The notes beneath the pieces were generated by a model that saw nothing but the letters and a program-made list of their open reading frames with translations, was not told where the DNA came from and made no database searches. A DNA stretch of 64,000 bases, taken from contig CAWBWQ010000001.1 of NCBI GenBank assembly GCA_963792535.1, positions 576,001 through 640,000 on the forward strand, written 5' to 3'. Made by a program: the position numbers and the translations under genes. This stretch comes from an uncultured Phycisphaerales bacterium (GTDB lineage Bacteria; Planctomycetota; Phycisphaerae; Tepidisphaerales; Tepidisphaeraceae). Below, piece by piece: positions 1 through 10,514 of this stretch. Every line of letters starts with the position of its first letter. The first letter of the stretch is position 1.

Positions 1-2984
1 TCCAGGAGATGGGGATCATCTGCCAATGTCTTTTGGTAAATACGCGAAGCGGCAAGGCGCATCCCAGCGCACTCATCGTCTGCTAGCAAACATTCGTATT
101 CAGTTTTGTCTTGCGATGACGCCTTTCCTTCTCGAACTGCCGCCAGATCGGGGAGTATCATCGCCTCTGCCTCTCTACGCAAAACGTGGAACATGCAGCC
201 ATCAAAATCCATACGTTTCGTCGACCAATCATATTGCATCACGGCGGTCGCAAGCATTGCGCGCACTGCGTCCGACTTTGCTGTTTTTGCGAGCGCCATC
301 GCAGAAATGAATTGCGGAAGTGGTGTTAGTACCCCTGGAGCGCCATCGTGAAGGGTCTGTAACGCACCGTCATAGTCACGGTTCCTGAATTGCGCCAGTC
401 CGTGTGAAACTTCGAAGAATAGGAGAAGTCGATTGTTAACATCTACCTTTGTGAGCAAAGCACGGTCAACCAGCTCAGTCGCCCGTTGCGTTTGCTCATC
501 CGAACCTGGCATAAGTAGACACGCCCTCCCTATCCTTTCGGCCACCTGTGGATCGGTAGTATTGCTGAATCGCGAGAGCATTTGCGTCCTGGCGTTTTCA
601 TACTCAGCTTTGTGCCTCATGAATGCGCTGTATTTAGCGTATTGCTCCCAGGTCGCTGACGAGTCCGGATAGCTCTTCAACTGGATGTCCCAGCAATGTT
701 CCAGCAAATCAAACCGACCAACAGCCATCGCCAGATGACGGTAAACTTCACGCGTATCTTCTCGGCGGGGGTCCAGTCGATATGCGGTTTGAACATGCTC
801 AAAGGCTTCGTCAGTATATCCACCCCGCTCCAGAGTCTCGCCCAGAAGAAGCTGATACCAACCGTCTAGCGGTTGCAGCCTAACCGCTACTCGAGCGTCT
901 TCGGTTGCCTCTGAAAAGTTCTGCATGTTGAATGATGCTACCGCACGATTTGCGTACGCAACAGCGGCAGTTGGATCAACCTCAATTTCCCTCGTGAATT
1001 GCTCAATTGCTTCATTGTAGGATCCCGCGTTCATAAATAAATCGCCGAGATGGTTGCTGACAATCGTCGAATGCGGTCGGACCGCCAAAGCAGCTCGATA
1101 GTAGCCGATGGCCTCGGGTAGTCTCGATTTTTCGTTCATGGCGTCCGCAAGTAGGAGGTTTATCCAAAAGTCGTCTGGGTTCTTGTTCTGCACTTTCACC
1201 ATGAACGAAATAGCAGCGAGATCGCGCGCGCCTAACTGCTCGCCCAATGAGACAAGAAAGCTCACCGGTTCTTTTGCAACGGGAATCATGGCGGCTAGCT
1301 TCGATAGTTCCTGGCGGCTTTGCCACATTTTCGGATTTCTGGCCCGGTCACGGAAGTTAAGGGGGTCTGGATCTGAAAGTTCAGCGACGCGCAGAACCCA
1401 AAGCTGCTTGGATCCCAAAGCGCAATGAACCCAACCATCGAGTGCGCCTACAAGAGCCCTGTGAATGGGAGATTGGATGATACGGAGTGCAACAAGCCCG
1501 GGCTCGCAGTCATATCCCCCGACCCCTGCCTCTTTGAAAGCTGCCTCATAAATATTGTCAAAACGATCGAAGTCCACCACCGCGCCCGCGAACGCAAACG
1601 AGTCGACATGAATAGCATCCAGCTTGTTTACAAGATTTAAGTCTCTACTCGCTTGTGCGATCTGTTGGCCTAGTTGGGAGGATCTATAGTTGCCGAGTTC
1701 TGCCCTCCCGCGCACCAGACTAACATTCGCGTTGTTCCAGTCGCCTTGTTCTTCAGAGCGCCGCACTTCAGCCAAGTCCGCTGAAACAAATCTCAAAGCC
1801 AAGGATCGGCCGGACAGATACCAGAACGATCCCCCCGTCAGCACTGCGGCAAGCGTGCTCCCAGAAATCAGAAGCGCTGCATGGGTCGGCCGCCGGTGCA
1901 TCCATTTGATACTTCGCTTGATTGCTCCGAGTGGCCTGGCTTTAACCGGTTCACCTCTGCTGAACCGTAGCAAATCCTCAGCTAGCGCCGCCGCGGAGGC
2001 ATACCGATGCCGGGAATCTTTTTGCAGACATTTCAAACAGACAGTCTCTAAATCCCTTGGGACTTTGCGGTTGAGCCGAGAGGGTGGCACCGGGTCGTCT
2101 GAAATCACCTGGATTTCAGCAGCTGCAGCAGTACCGGAAAGAAAAGGCGGCCGCCCGGTCAGCATTTCATAGAGCATGATGCCTAACGAATAGATATCAG
2201 CGGCCGGCCCAACAGTGCCCGAACGGTTATGTACCTGTTCGGGTGCCATGTAGCAGGGCGTTCCTATTCTGGCTCCGGTATGAGTGATATCGTCATGGTC
2301 CTCGAGGCGGCGCGCGAGCCCAAAATCACTTATCTTCAACGTACCATCAGTCGCGAGAAGCACATTAGATGGTTTCAGGTCTCTATGGATGATTGAATCA
2401 TCGTGTGCAACCTGGATGGCGGTTGCCAGTGTTGCGATCATTGCAGCGGCCATCAGTGGCGGTTGCGCGGCACCGCCGAGCATTTGCGCAAGGGTGCCCG
2501 CCTCTGCCAATTCCATGGTGAAGAACGGACAAGCTTCATATTCACCTATGTCATGCACTTGGACAAAATTAACGTGCTTCAAGCCAGCGATCGCTTTGGC
2601 TTCCCTTGCAAAGCGCTTGCGCTCGATATCGCTTGCGAAAGCGCCAGACAGCAGCATCTTCAGTGCGACATGGCGATTCAATTTGGCGTGATATGCCTTG
2701 TAGACTACTCCGATCCCCCCTCGGCCGAGGACGCTTTCTATTTCATATCCAGGAATAGCCGGGAATCCGCGTTGTTGATGAGGGGGCCATGATTCCTTTT
2801 TTACCGGGGCGTGACCCGAGGAGGGGAAGACCAGCTCGACATGTTCCTGAAGTCCCCGCAATTGCCGCCATCGATCGCGCACCTCGGGAAGCAACTCGGG
2901 GCATCGTTCGCAGGCCTCTTCTGGGGTCGAATCAGAATCGAGCAGATGTTCGAGAACCTCCACAATGCGAGCTTCGTCATCCAT
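1..2984 (-). CDS. Ser/Thr protein kinase with transmembrane segment and C-terminal TPR repeats (runs off the window's left edge)
   Basis: Translated by hand; absent from the ORF track because there is no stop in the window. MDDEARIVEVLEHLL..., GRGGIGVVY, VALKML, HRDLKPSN, DFGLAR, GTPCYMAPE, DIYSLG, then a hydrophobic segment and TPR-like repeats (EAIGYYRAALAVRP, YNEAIEQFTREIEVDP). Confidence 0.92.
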   Translation of the reverse strand, partial: MDDEARIVEVLEHLLDSDSTPEEACERCPELLPEVRDRWRQLRGLQEHVELVFPSSGHAPVKKESWPPHQQRGFPAIPGYEIESVLGRGGIGVVYKAYHAKLNRHVALKMLLSGAFASDIERKRFAREAKAIAGLKHVNFVQVHDIGEYEACPFFTMELAEAGTLAQMLGGAAQPPLMAAAMIATLATAIQVAHDDSIIHRDLKPSNVLLATDGTLKISDFGLARRLEDHDDITHTGARIGTPCYMAPEQVHNRSGTVGPAADIYSLGIMLYEMLTGRPPFLSGTAAAAEIQVISDDPVPPSRLNRKVPRDLETVCLKCLQKDSRHRYASAAALAEDLLRFSRGEPVKARPLGAIKRSIKWMHRRPTHAALLISGSTLAAVLTGGSFWYLSGRSLALRFVSADLAEVRRSEEQGDWNNANVSLVRGRAELGNYRSSQLGQQIAQASRDLNLVNKLDAIHVDSFAFAGAVVDFDRFDNIYEAAFKEAGVGGYDCEPGLVALRIIQSPIHRALVGALDGWVHCALGSKQLWVLRVAELSDPDPLNFRDRARNPKMWQSRQELSKLAAMIPVAKEPVSFLVSLGEQLGARDLAAISFMVKVQNKNPDDFWINLLLADAMNEKSRLPEAIGYYRAALAVRPHSTIVSNHLGDLFMNAGSYNEAIEQFTREIEVDPTAAVAYANRAVASFNMQNFSEATEDARVAVRLQPLDGWYQLLLGETLERGGYTDEAFEHVQTAYRLDPRREDTREVYRHLAMAVGRFDLLEHCWDIQLKSYPDSSATWEQYAKYSAFMRHKAEYENARTQMLSRFSNTTDPQVAERIGRACLLMPGSDEQTQRATELVDRALLTKVDVNNRLLLFFEVSHGLAQFRNRDYDGALQTLHDGAPGVLTPLPQFISAMALAKTAKSDAVRAMLATAVMQYDWSTKRMDFDGCMFHVLRREAEAMILPDLAAVREGKASSQDKTEYECLLADDECAGMRLAASRIYQKTLADDPHLL

Positions 2985-3012
2985 GGCTTTTATCGTTTTC
3001 GATCGAGCGTTT

Positions 3013-3642
3013 TCAGACCGTGTTTCGCCGGTCGGCAGCGGGTTGCAGATCGCCGAGTTCAGCCGCCAGGCGAACTAGACATCGATTCAGGCGGCGCTGG
3101 ACCGTCTTCACAGCCACTCCAATCAGGTCCGCGACCTCGGTTTGGGCCATGCCTTGAATCCGAACCAAGCTAAATACTTCCCGCTCGTCGTCTGGGAGGG
3201 CTTCAATCGCTTCCAGCATTCGACGGGTGTCGGGTGTTATCTCTGAACCGCTGCTCGGCGGAGGCCCTGGCATCGCCGAATCATGCAATTCCGCCAGCGG
3301 CATCTGCTTGTCTAAGCGTCGGGCGAGGTCATTCAGTTCCCATCGCATGTGCTGGTTGGCCAACGCAAAGAATTGTCGAACCGTAGTGGGGCGGACGGAT
3401 CGCATTGCTTTAAGCAATCGCTCGACGACGGAACTCAGCATCTCCTCTGTTTCAAGATTTAGCGGAGCCTTGGTCAGACGTGGATAACTTCGAAGCAGTA
3501 ATGCTGCACACAGGATGTGAAGCCGATTGACCGCTCGCCCCAGCAGTGCCCCGACGATCGGTTCTGCAGATTCGTTGCCTTTCACCCCGGCCAACTCATC
3601 AAGGTATCGCTGCACTGCAATAGTCGTTGGGTCCTGCTGCAT
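3013..3642 (-). CDS. ECF-type RNA polymerase sigma factor, kinase-associated
   Basis: Region 4 motif AIEALPDDEREVFSLVRIQGMAQTEVADLIGVAVKTVQRRL. Start placed at ATG 3642 (MQQDPTT), 7 nt after TATAAT. Lies directly upstream of the kinase. Confidence 0.88.
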   Translation of the reverse strand: MQQDPTTIAVQRYLDELAGVKGNESAEPIVGALLGRAVNRLHILCAALLLRSYPRLTKAPLNLETEEMLSSVVERLLKAMRSVRPTTVRQFFALANQHMRWELNDLARRLDKQMPLAELHDSAMPGPPPSSGSEITPDTRRMLEAIEALPDDEREVFSLVRIQGMAQTEVADLIGVAVKTVQRRLNRCLVRLAAELGDLQPAADRRNTV

Positions 3643-4020
3643 TGCCGGAATTATACGTTCAACGCGAACGCCGACAACACATTTTCCCAACTGTGAATCT
3701 AGCGCAGCAGGGTACGAATCTTCATAGATGTCCGGTCGTTGCGCTCAATATCCCGGGGCGGACCGCTATTGAAAGGTGACAACTCGTGAACACGATTCTT
3801 GATACCGGCAACGAACTCCTGATCGACAGATCGTCAATCAAGGACCCATATTTACGTCTAATTGCAGTTGCGATCGGACGTGAACTGACGCGAGGTTCGG
3901 CGTGGGTGTCGGTCCAAAAGGCTGACCTGGATCCACCCATCGATTCCTCGCGTTGCGTCCAGGGGAACGTGAGAACACAGACAGCCGACTGAGATCGCAA
4001 CGATTTTACTGAGGACTACC

Positions 4021-4912
4021 ATGAAACCGAATTCTAAAACGATCATACTTATCCACGGCCTATGGATGACCCCTACGAGCCAGGATCTGTTTAAAAGGTA
4101 TTACGAAGACCGCGGATACAATGTGCTCGCACCAGCGTGGCCCAGGCTTCAGGGGAATGTCGCGGCCACTAGACACGACCCTTCCAAATTAGCTGGTCTC
4201 GGCGTTCTGGAGATTGTTCATCACTACTATAAGTTGATCAGCTCCATGGACGCAGCACCGTTGCTGATCGGTCATTCTTTCGGAGGTCTGATCGTTGAGA
4301 TGTTGCTCGATCGTGGCCTTGGAAGTGCGGGTGTAGCCATTGATGCGACAGCACCCAAGGGTGTTTGGCGGTTGCCCTTGTCTGCCATCAGATCTGCTGC
4401 CCCAGTCCTGTCAAATCCATTGAATTACAAAGGGACTGTGATGCTAAACTTCGATCAATTCAAATATGCTTTCGCCAATACAATGTCGGATGCAAACGCT
4501 CGCGCGATATATGATCTGGAAGTTATACCGGGTCCTGGTAGACCCATTTTCGAAGCAGCGCTTGCAAACTTTATCCCCGACGCAGCAACATCGATTGACT
4601 TTCGAAATCCGTCTCGCGCCTTTGTTGATTATTGCCGGTCAAAGCGATCATCTCGTACCGGCTGAGCTTAGCCGGATCACATCAAAGAAGTATCGGAAAT
4701 CCGCTGCCCAGACAGACTATGTCGAGTTTGCGAACCGTTCCCATCTGATCATCATGCAGGAAGGTTGGCAGGACGTCGCCCAATACGCCGTTGCCTGGGC
4801 GGAAAGGAAATTGGCGCCGAGCAGGAGGCAGAGCACGCCCACTGCTGACAAAGCTGTCCGAGCCTCTGTGGAGTGGAAGTCGACGGACGACTCGCGGTCG
4901 CTGACCAAATAA
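4021..4912 (+). CDS. Alpha/beta hydrolase (frameshift near 4615)
   Basis: LIHGLW and GHSFGG nucleophile motif. C-terminal LIIAGQSDHLVP and RSHLII continue in a second frame. RBS GAGGA. Confidence 0.85.
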
Positions 4913-4949
4913 GTAGCGATTGTCGCGTCAACGCTAAAGGAACCCACAG

Positions 4950-5774
4950 ATGCATGCACCAAAAATCTCAAAAGCAGTGAACGACGTTGAAATGACCGAA
5001 GCCTTGTTTCGCGCACAGCGCTGGATGGCGACGCTCGCTCATGAACTGCGCGCTCCGCTCAGCGTTGTGATGATGTCTTTGGACCTTCTTGCCGAGGATG
5101 GTCTGTGCGGGTCATCACTCTGCAGGTGCCAGAATGCAGCAAAAGAATCCGCACAACAGATGGCAGACATCATTGAGGATATCCTCGACTTATGTCGATG
5201 CCGCACAGATAAGCTTAAACTCGATACGGAAATCGTAGATCTAAACAGGATCATCGCGGTTGCTGTGCGCAACGCGCACACCGAGGTGACACGCAAACAG
5301 CATCGACTGACAATTTCACTGCCTGCTGAGCCTCTGCGCACCACGCTGAACCCAACACGAACGATCCAGATCCTGACGAACCTTCTGATCAATGCCGCGA
5401 AGTACACGAAACCTGGCGGTGACATTTTGTTGGCGGCAGAAACCAATCATCAATCGCTTTGTATTCGGGTCCGAGACAATGGGATGGGTATTCCAGGTGA
5501 GCTGCTTGACCACATTTTTGATACTTACTGGCAAGCGCCTTCGATGACGCAGGACCAGCCAGGAGGGCTGGGGATAGGTCTTTCTTTGGTCAAATCGCTC
5601 GTGGAACTCCAAGGAGGGACGATTCGAGCCTTTAGCAAGGGGCTCGATCAAGGGACTGAATTTGTGCTTCGACTGCCATGCAATATCCCTCCGGACTGTC
5701 CTATTGAAGAGAATACGGCCACCGCAAGCATAAACGTCGGTTCACTTGCGCACCGCTATAGGTCGGGAGCTTAA
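4950..5774 (+). CDS. Histidine kinase (HisKA + HATPase), no sensor domain
   Basis: LAHELRAPL H-box, NLLINAAKY N-box, DNGMGI G1, GGLGIGLSLV G2. Confidence 0.9.
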   Translation: MHAPKISKAVNDVEMTEALFRAQRWMATLAHELRAPLSVVMMSLDLLAEDGLCGSSLCRCQNAAKESAQQMADIIEDILDLCRCRTDKLKLDTEIVDLNRIIAVAVRNAHTEVTRKQHRLTISLPAEPLRTTLNPTRTIQILTNLLINAAKYTKPGGDILLAAETNHQSLCIRVRDNGMGIPGELLDHIFDTYWQAPSMTQDQPGGLGIGLSLVKSLVELQGGTIRAFSKGLDQGTEFVLRLPCNIPPDCPIEENTATASINVGSLAHRYRSGA

Positions 5775-5775
5775 G

Positions 5776-6324
5776 ATGCCCGTCTTAGAGCAGTACTGCA
5801 TCCTAATTGTCGGCAGTGGCGGGATCGGGAGGAAGTTGGCGGTTTATGCAAATCACGCCACTTCCTGCCTCACCCTCGTGTCCGGGCTCCGCCGCTTCGA
5901 CTCTGAACGATGCCAACGAGAATGGCAAAGGCTTTCCATCGCTCTCGGAGACCGTCTTATCTATGGCGCTTTTGAACTCATCGCTCCCCGCACCATCAAA
6001 CTAAAGCCATTTACAGGCGGCCCCGAACGCTTCCTAATCGGCAACAGGGTATTTATCGACCTCGACAGCGAAGACCTGGATGCCTGGAATCATGAGGTCA
6101 CTGCGCGCGATACGAGTTCGATCGGTCTTTATCAAAGCTTAGGACTAGCCGAGGCCGCCGTCGAGCTTGATTCCGATGGGCGCATTCTGGTAGATGAACA
6201 TCTTGAAACAACGTCGCCGAACACATGGGCGATGGGTAAATTTGCTGCCGATCGGTTAATGACGAGAGACCTTCGTTGTGATCTCGCGATCGTCAAAACG
6301 CATGCACTGCCAGCCGCAGGATGA
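5776..6324 (+). pseudogene. Collapsed or degenerate pyridine nucleotide-disulfide oxidoreductase (mercuric reductase/dihydrolipoamide dehydrogenase-like) remnant
   Basis: IVGSGGIG FAD motif and LGLAEAAVELDSDGRILVDEHLETTSPNTWAMG are present, but the protein is only ~182 aa and lacks the redox CxxxxC and NAD(P)-binding domain. Confidence 0.6.
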
Positions 6325-6333
6325 CAAACAAAT

Positions 6334-7259
6334 CTATGGCACTGTGATGACAATCTTCCCACGTAAATGACCGGTGAGCGCCAGCTCGAAAGCCTTGGTA
6401 CCGTCGTGCAGCGGAAAGATCGCCTGCAATGTGGGTGTGATGATTGAAGCATCGATCAACGTGGCAAGGCTGGTCAACTGCGAACGGTTGGGTCGGACAA
6501 TAAAAAAGCTTCCAGTGACATCCTCACGTGGCAACTTGGCGGGCAGTGGCCCGGTCAGAGTTACGAGAATACCGCCGCGCGCAAAACGCTCCAAGACCGC
6601 TGTCTGGTTTCTCCGCCGATGGTATCGAGGACTACATCGACGTCGCTGACGCCTTGCTCAAAGGCCGTCGTCATATAGTCCAAGACTGTATCGGCACCCA
6701 GTTTCTTAACGAACTCTCTGTGTTGAGCAGAGCAAGTTGCGATTACTTGTGCACCCTTCCATTTTGCCAACTGGACCGCGTAATTACCGACACCACCGGC
6801 CGCGCCATGAATCAGTACCCTCTGGCCGGCGGTGAGATGGCCGTGATCGAACAGCGCTTGCCAGGCAGTGAGCGCCGACAATGGCACCGCAGCAGCGTGA
6901 TTATGATCCAACGACTTCGGTTTAGGTGCCAACGCGGATGCTGCCACTATAACATATTCGGCAGCACTTCCATTAAACGGAAAGTCAATGAGGCCATATA
7001 CTGCATCCCCAGTAGTTAACCCCGATGCACCAGCCCCCAGCGATTCAACGATTCCCGAGACGTCATGTGCTGGAATACTAGGCAATCGATTACGCCCGTC
7101 TGATGTCAGGTATGTTTCGTCCCAAGTCAGTTCAGCGGGCGTTATTCCAGCTGCAAATACGCGTACGCGCACCTCGCCGACCTGTGGCTCAGGAAGTGGA
7201 GCATCTTCGTAAATAAGTTGTTCAGGTCCGCCGCGTGCATGTAATCGAAGCGCTTTCAA
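6334..7259 (-). CDS. NADP-dependent oxidoreductase, MDR/quinone oxidoreductase family (frameshift near 6590)
   Basis: MKALRLHARGGPEQL, LSALTAWQAL, VLIHGAAGGVG. C-terminal GHLRGKIVI is in a second frame. Confidence 0.88.
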
Positions 7260-7471
7260 GGGTATCTCCTAATGTGAATTCCGGGTCTGGCGAAGCATCC
7301 TGAACGGAGCAATATCAACCATGAGCCGCGATCAGCAGGACTGTTTCGAGCCGGCTGACAATTCCACCTTGGCTCATTGATTAGGATAGATCAAAACAAA
7401 ATAATCAGACGCTATAAGCACAGCCAGTGTCCCCCGTACGAGACCGTGAGCCCATCGTTCCGGGTCGAGTA

Positions 7472-7921
7472 TCAGTGGTCAAAGTGTAGAACCGGCTCCC
7501 CCGGCTCGGTCAAGAAAAACACGACGAATTTAGCGGGTTCCGTCGTGCTTGGGTTCCGGGAAATGGAGTGTAGCTGCCCCGCGTGTTCGTACCAGGCCTG
7601 GCCCGGACGGTAACGTTGGATGGCGCCGTTTTCGAGTTGGATTTCGACCTCTCCGGTGAGCACATATGCAAAAATCGCACCGGGGTGTCGATGCGCGCCG
7701 GTACTTCCCAGGGGTGGATATTCGACGGTCGCGATCCGAACCTCATGGCCAACCGGTCCCCGGATATCTTGGATCAGCACCGGGGTGACTTGATCATCAT
7801 GATGCCTGGCCGTAACACCAACTTTCCCCAGTTGAGCTGGTCCGTTCGCTGTCGCGCTACAGCCGCAAAGTAGTCCCAGAAATGCCGCGATTGCGATATT
7901 ACGAATGTGGTACATCACCAA
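7472..7921 (-). CDS. Secreted or lipoprotein cupin-domain protein
   Basis: Signal-like N-terminus (LLCGC); cupin motifs HRHPGAIFAYVLTGE and WYEHAGQLH. Confidence 0.85.
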   Translation of the reverse strand: MVMYHIRNIAIAAFLGLLCGCSATANGPAQLGKVGVTARHHDDQVTPVLIQDIRGPVGHEVRIATVEYPPLGSTGAHRHPGAIFAYVLTGEVEIQLENGAIQRYRPGQAWYEHAGQLHSISRNPSTTEPAKFVVFFLTEPGEPVLHFDH

Positions 7922-7997
7922 ACTCTTTCCTTAGAAACCCCTTTATCCCTTTGTGCAGTGCCCGTCACCGACGAACCTGCTAGCGGCTGATCAACTC

Positions 7998-8558
7998 CTA
8001 ACGCCCGCGAACTCGACTGGTCCAATCCACCAGATTGCGAAGAAGCTGACGAATCAGCTCGCGCGTCGACGCGTCTTTCAAATTGCCTTCCGAATCAAAA
8101 CTGGCCGCGGCATGTGCAATCATCACTTCAGGTTGATTGATGGGAAGAATATTCAGAAAGACGAAGATTTGCCGTAAATGATATTGCGCTCGAGCACTAC
8201 CCAAAGATCCGGTCAACGCGCCCATGATCGCCGCGGGTTTGCCGGTCCAGGAGTTGTCGCCGTACGGGCGCGATGCCCAGTCAATCGCATTTTTCAACAC
8301 GCCCGGAACCGAGTAGTTGTACTCCGGCGTCACAATCAGAATCGCATCCGATGCTCGGATTTGTTTTTTGAATTCGACGACCCGCGCCGGTGGATGAGGC
8401 TCGTCATCTTCGTTGAAAAGCGGGATGCCGTTTAAATCGAACACATCGAGACGAGCCCCTTCCGGCAATAAGCGAGCGGCGGCATTCAACGCCGCTCGAT
8501 TGTACGACTGCCGACGCAAGCTACCGGCAATTCCGAGGATCTGGATGGGATCGGACAT
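7998..8558 (-). CDS. NADPH-dependent FMN reductase (ChrR/YieF family)
   Basis: GSLRRQSYN, TPEYNYSVPGVLKNAIDWASR. RBS AAGGA before ATG 8558. Confidence 0.93.
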   Translation of the reverse strand: MSDPIQILGIAGSLRRQSYNRAALNAAARLLPEGARLDVFDLNGIPLFNEDDEPHPPARVVEFKKQIRASDAILIVTPEYNYSVPGVLKNAIDWASRPYGDNSWTGKPAAIMGALTGSLGSARAQYHLRQIFVFLNILPINQPEVMIAHAAASFDSEGNLKDASTRELIRQLLRNLVDWTSRVRGR

Positions 8559-8599
8559 GGGTATTTCCTTTCTGCTCTCAAAGGTAGTTCTATCGAGGA

Positions 8600-9604
8600 T
8601 CAGAAAAAGTGATCTTCTCTGGATGGTTTGAGCGTGGACAACGGACACTTCAAATCAGTCGCAGAGAAGCGAATTATGAACTTCGGGCCGAGATCGGGTC
8701 TGTCGGTGCGTGCATTGAGTATCCCGCTCGAGCGTCCAACCTCCTCCGTAGCCTGCTGCAAGTGTTCATGTTTGTCTGCGAGATGGACATATACCTTAGA
8801 GATCATTTCGAGACTGCTGTGTCCCATGCATGTGGCGACAGTAATTTGATCAATACCTTTCAGAATCGCGTTGGTGCCCCACGCATGACGGAAGGGACGA
8901 CAAAAAACGTCCTTTGCCAAGTCGGTGTTCGGCTTGATGCGCGCTATGCGAAGCCGCATGGCATTTACCGTCCAAGGCTGTTGGCGCGCGTTGACGAACA
9001 CGAACTCAGAGCTGCTTTTGTTCTTCAGCACCTTCATCAGCTTCCGTTTCGATTGGGTCAGAAAATCCCCCGCGCCTGAAGTCTCTGTCGCTAGCCCGCA
9101 GCAGCGCGCGGAACTCGGCGTCAGTCAAGACGCGCTGGCGTGTCTTGGCCCTCGGACATCGCATACCTTTCAGCGGATTGCCTGGAAGTACACCCTGTTA
9201 GCAGGCCCAGCTGAAGACCCCGCTAATCGAACGGCGGGCGTTCCGTTCCGTCGTCGGACCCCAATTCCTGCCTTCAATCCAGCGGGTCCGATGAATGGGC
9301 TTGATCGCGGATGCCAGAATGTAGCTCGAGTGCTCGGCAAACATTTCACCGTATCGGTTCAGATTTCGTAGCGTCTCAGGCTGCAGGGGCGAGCGCGCCC
9401 AATCGAGGAATGCCTCAATCACATCGGCTACGCGTGCAGTGGGTGCTTCCGGTGCTTGAGCGGTGACGGCTTTCAGTCATGGAATTTCTGTTCAGCACTT
9501 TTCTTGTTCGGCAAGCCTTCAGCCAAACGGATTTTCTTCCCGGCCAGCGTGGTCATCCACCAGCAAGTGTCTTTGCGAAACCAGATTTTGTTCAAACGCG
9601 GCAT
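8600..9604 (-). pseudogene. Tyrosine recombinase/integrase pseudogene next to tRNA-Arg
   Basis: Starts MPRLNKIWFRKDTCWW at ATG 9604 with GGAGG RBS. SAM-like part (VIEAFLDWAR...SGVFSWAC*QGVLPGNPLKG) has an in-frame TAA at 9198-9200. Box II (FRHAWGT...MGHSSLEMISKVY) is intact; the box I region appears deleted. Confidence 0.85.
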
Positions 9605-9760
9605 AAAGAACCTCCAGTCAAAAGACGAGGCTTGGCTGAGGTCTGGCCGGCTCCCCGCCTGTTAGCAGCAGGCGGGGAGTTTTCATTTAAACCGCTGAAT
9701 AGTTCGGCGAATGGTTCGGGTCGACAAGCGTTAGAGTCGTAAACCCCTGTCAATACTCAA

Positions 9761-9834
9761 TGCACCCTGCAGGGCTCGAACCTGCAACCTGCGGTTCCGT
9801 AGACCGCCGCTCTATCCAATTGAGCTAAGGGTGC
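9761..9834 (-). tRNA. tRNA-Arg(ACG)
   Basis: GCACCCTTAGCTCAATTGGATAGAGC-GGCGGT CT ACG GA ACCGC-AGGTTGCAGGTTCGAGCCCTGCAGGGTGCA folds as a cloverleaf. No encoded CCA. Confidence 0.97.
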
Positions 9835-9861
9835 TCCTGCGACAAAAGTCGCGAACCGGGG

Positions 9862-9941
9862 ATCTTCTGGTTTGAGGGGATGCCTGTCAAGTTGCCTTTC
9901 TTGAAAAAGCGTCTTGACAAAGGCTCTCGTTCCCGGACAAT
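9862..9941. promoter_or_regulatory. Divergent sigma70-like promoters for tRNA-Arg and rplU
   Basis: Plus strand: TTGACA(9914-9919)-16 nt-GACAAT(9936-9941). Minus strand: TTGACA(9890-9885)-17 nt-GAAGAT. Confidence 0.55.
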
Positions 9942-9979
9942 ACTACCCCCTGTTAAATTGTCGAGTTTGGAGTCTGATT

Positions 9980-10291
9980 ATGTACGCGGTTATTGAAGCA
10001 AGTGGCGCACAACACAAAGTCACCAGCGGTGACGTTTTAAAGCTCAGCCGGGAAGTAAATCCAGAAGAGAAGACGATCGTTTTTGATCGCGTTCTGTTCA
10101 TCGGCGGCGAAGGTGATCCAAAAGTGGGTACGCCTGTCATTGCCGGTGCAACGGTGACCGCGGATGTCATTCGTTCGCTTCGCGGGCCCAAAATCGACAT
10201 CATGAAATACAAACGCCGCAAGGGTTATCATAAGAAGCAGGGGCACCGTCAGTCTCTTGTTGAAATTAAGATCACGGCTATCAACGCTTAA
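9980..10291 (+). CDS. rplU: 50S ribosomal protein L21
   Basis: MYAVIEASGAQHKV...KYKRRKGYHKKQGHRQ. Confidence 0.97.
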   Translation: MYAVIEASGAQHKVTSGDVLKLSREVNPEEKTIVFDRVLFIGGEGDPKVGTPVIAGATVTADVIRSLRGPKIDIMKYKRRKGYHKKQGHRQSLVEIKITAINA

Positions 10292-10332
10292 GCTTTTAAA
10301 GCTTTGCGTAACGGTGCGGATGAGACCCTTTT

Positions 10333-10360
10333 GCACGGCCTGTTCAGGCCGTGCTTTTTT
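10333..10360 (+). terminator. Rho-independent terminator after rplU
   Basis: GCACGGCCTG-TT-CAGGCCGTGC followed by TTTTTT. Confidence 0.85.
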
Positions 10361-10514
10361 ATGCGCCTCCGGTCTCAGCGGTTTTGCTTTGGCTTAAGAA
10401 AACGCAACCTCACCTGGCAGTTGGACCACGCATTGCTGTGCACGACGCAGCCTCATCACATGCGAGATTTTGTCGCAAGATCTCGGGATGGGGAAAACAC
10501 TAGATGAGGTTTTT

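Noticed and set aside
3786..3992. 68-aa ORF with RBS-like GAAAGG, faintly resembling an AraC-linker fragment (DPYLRLIAVAIGREL)
   Set aside because: Too short and too weak to call.
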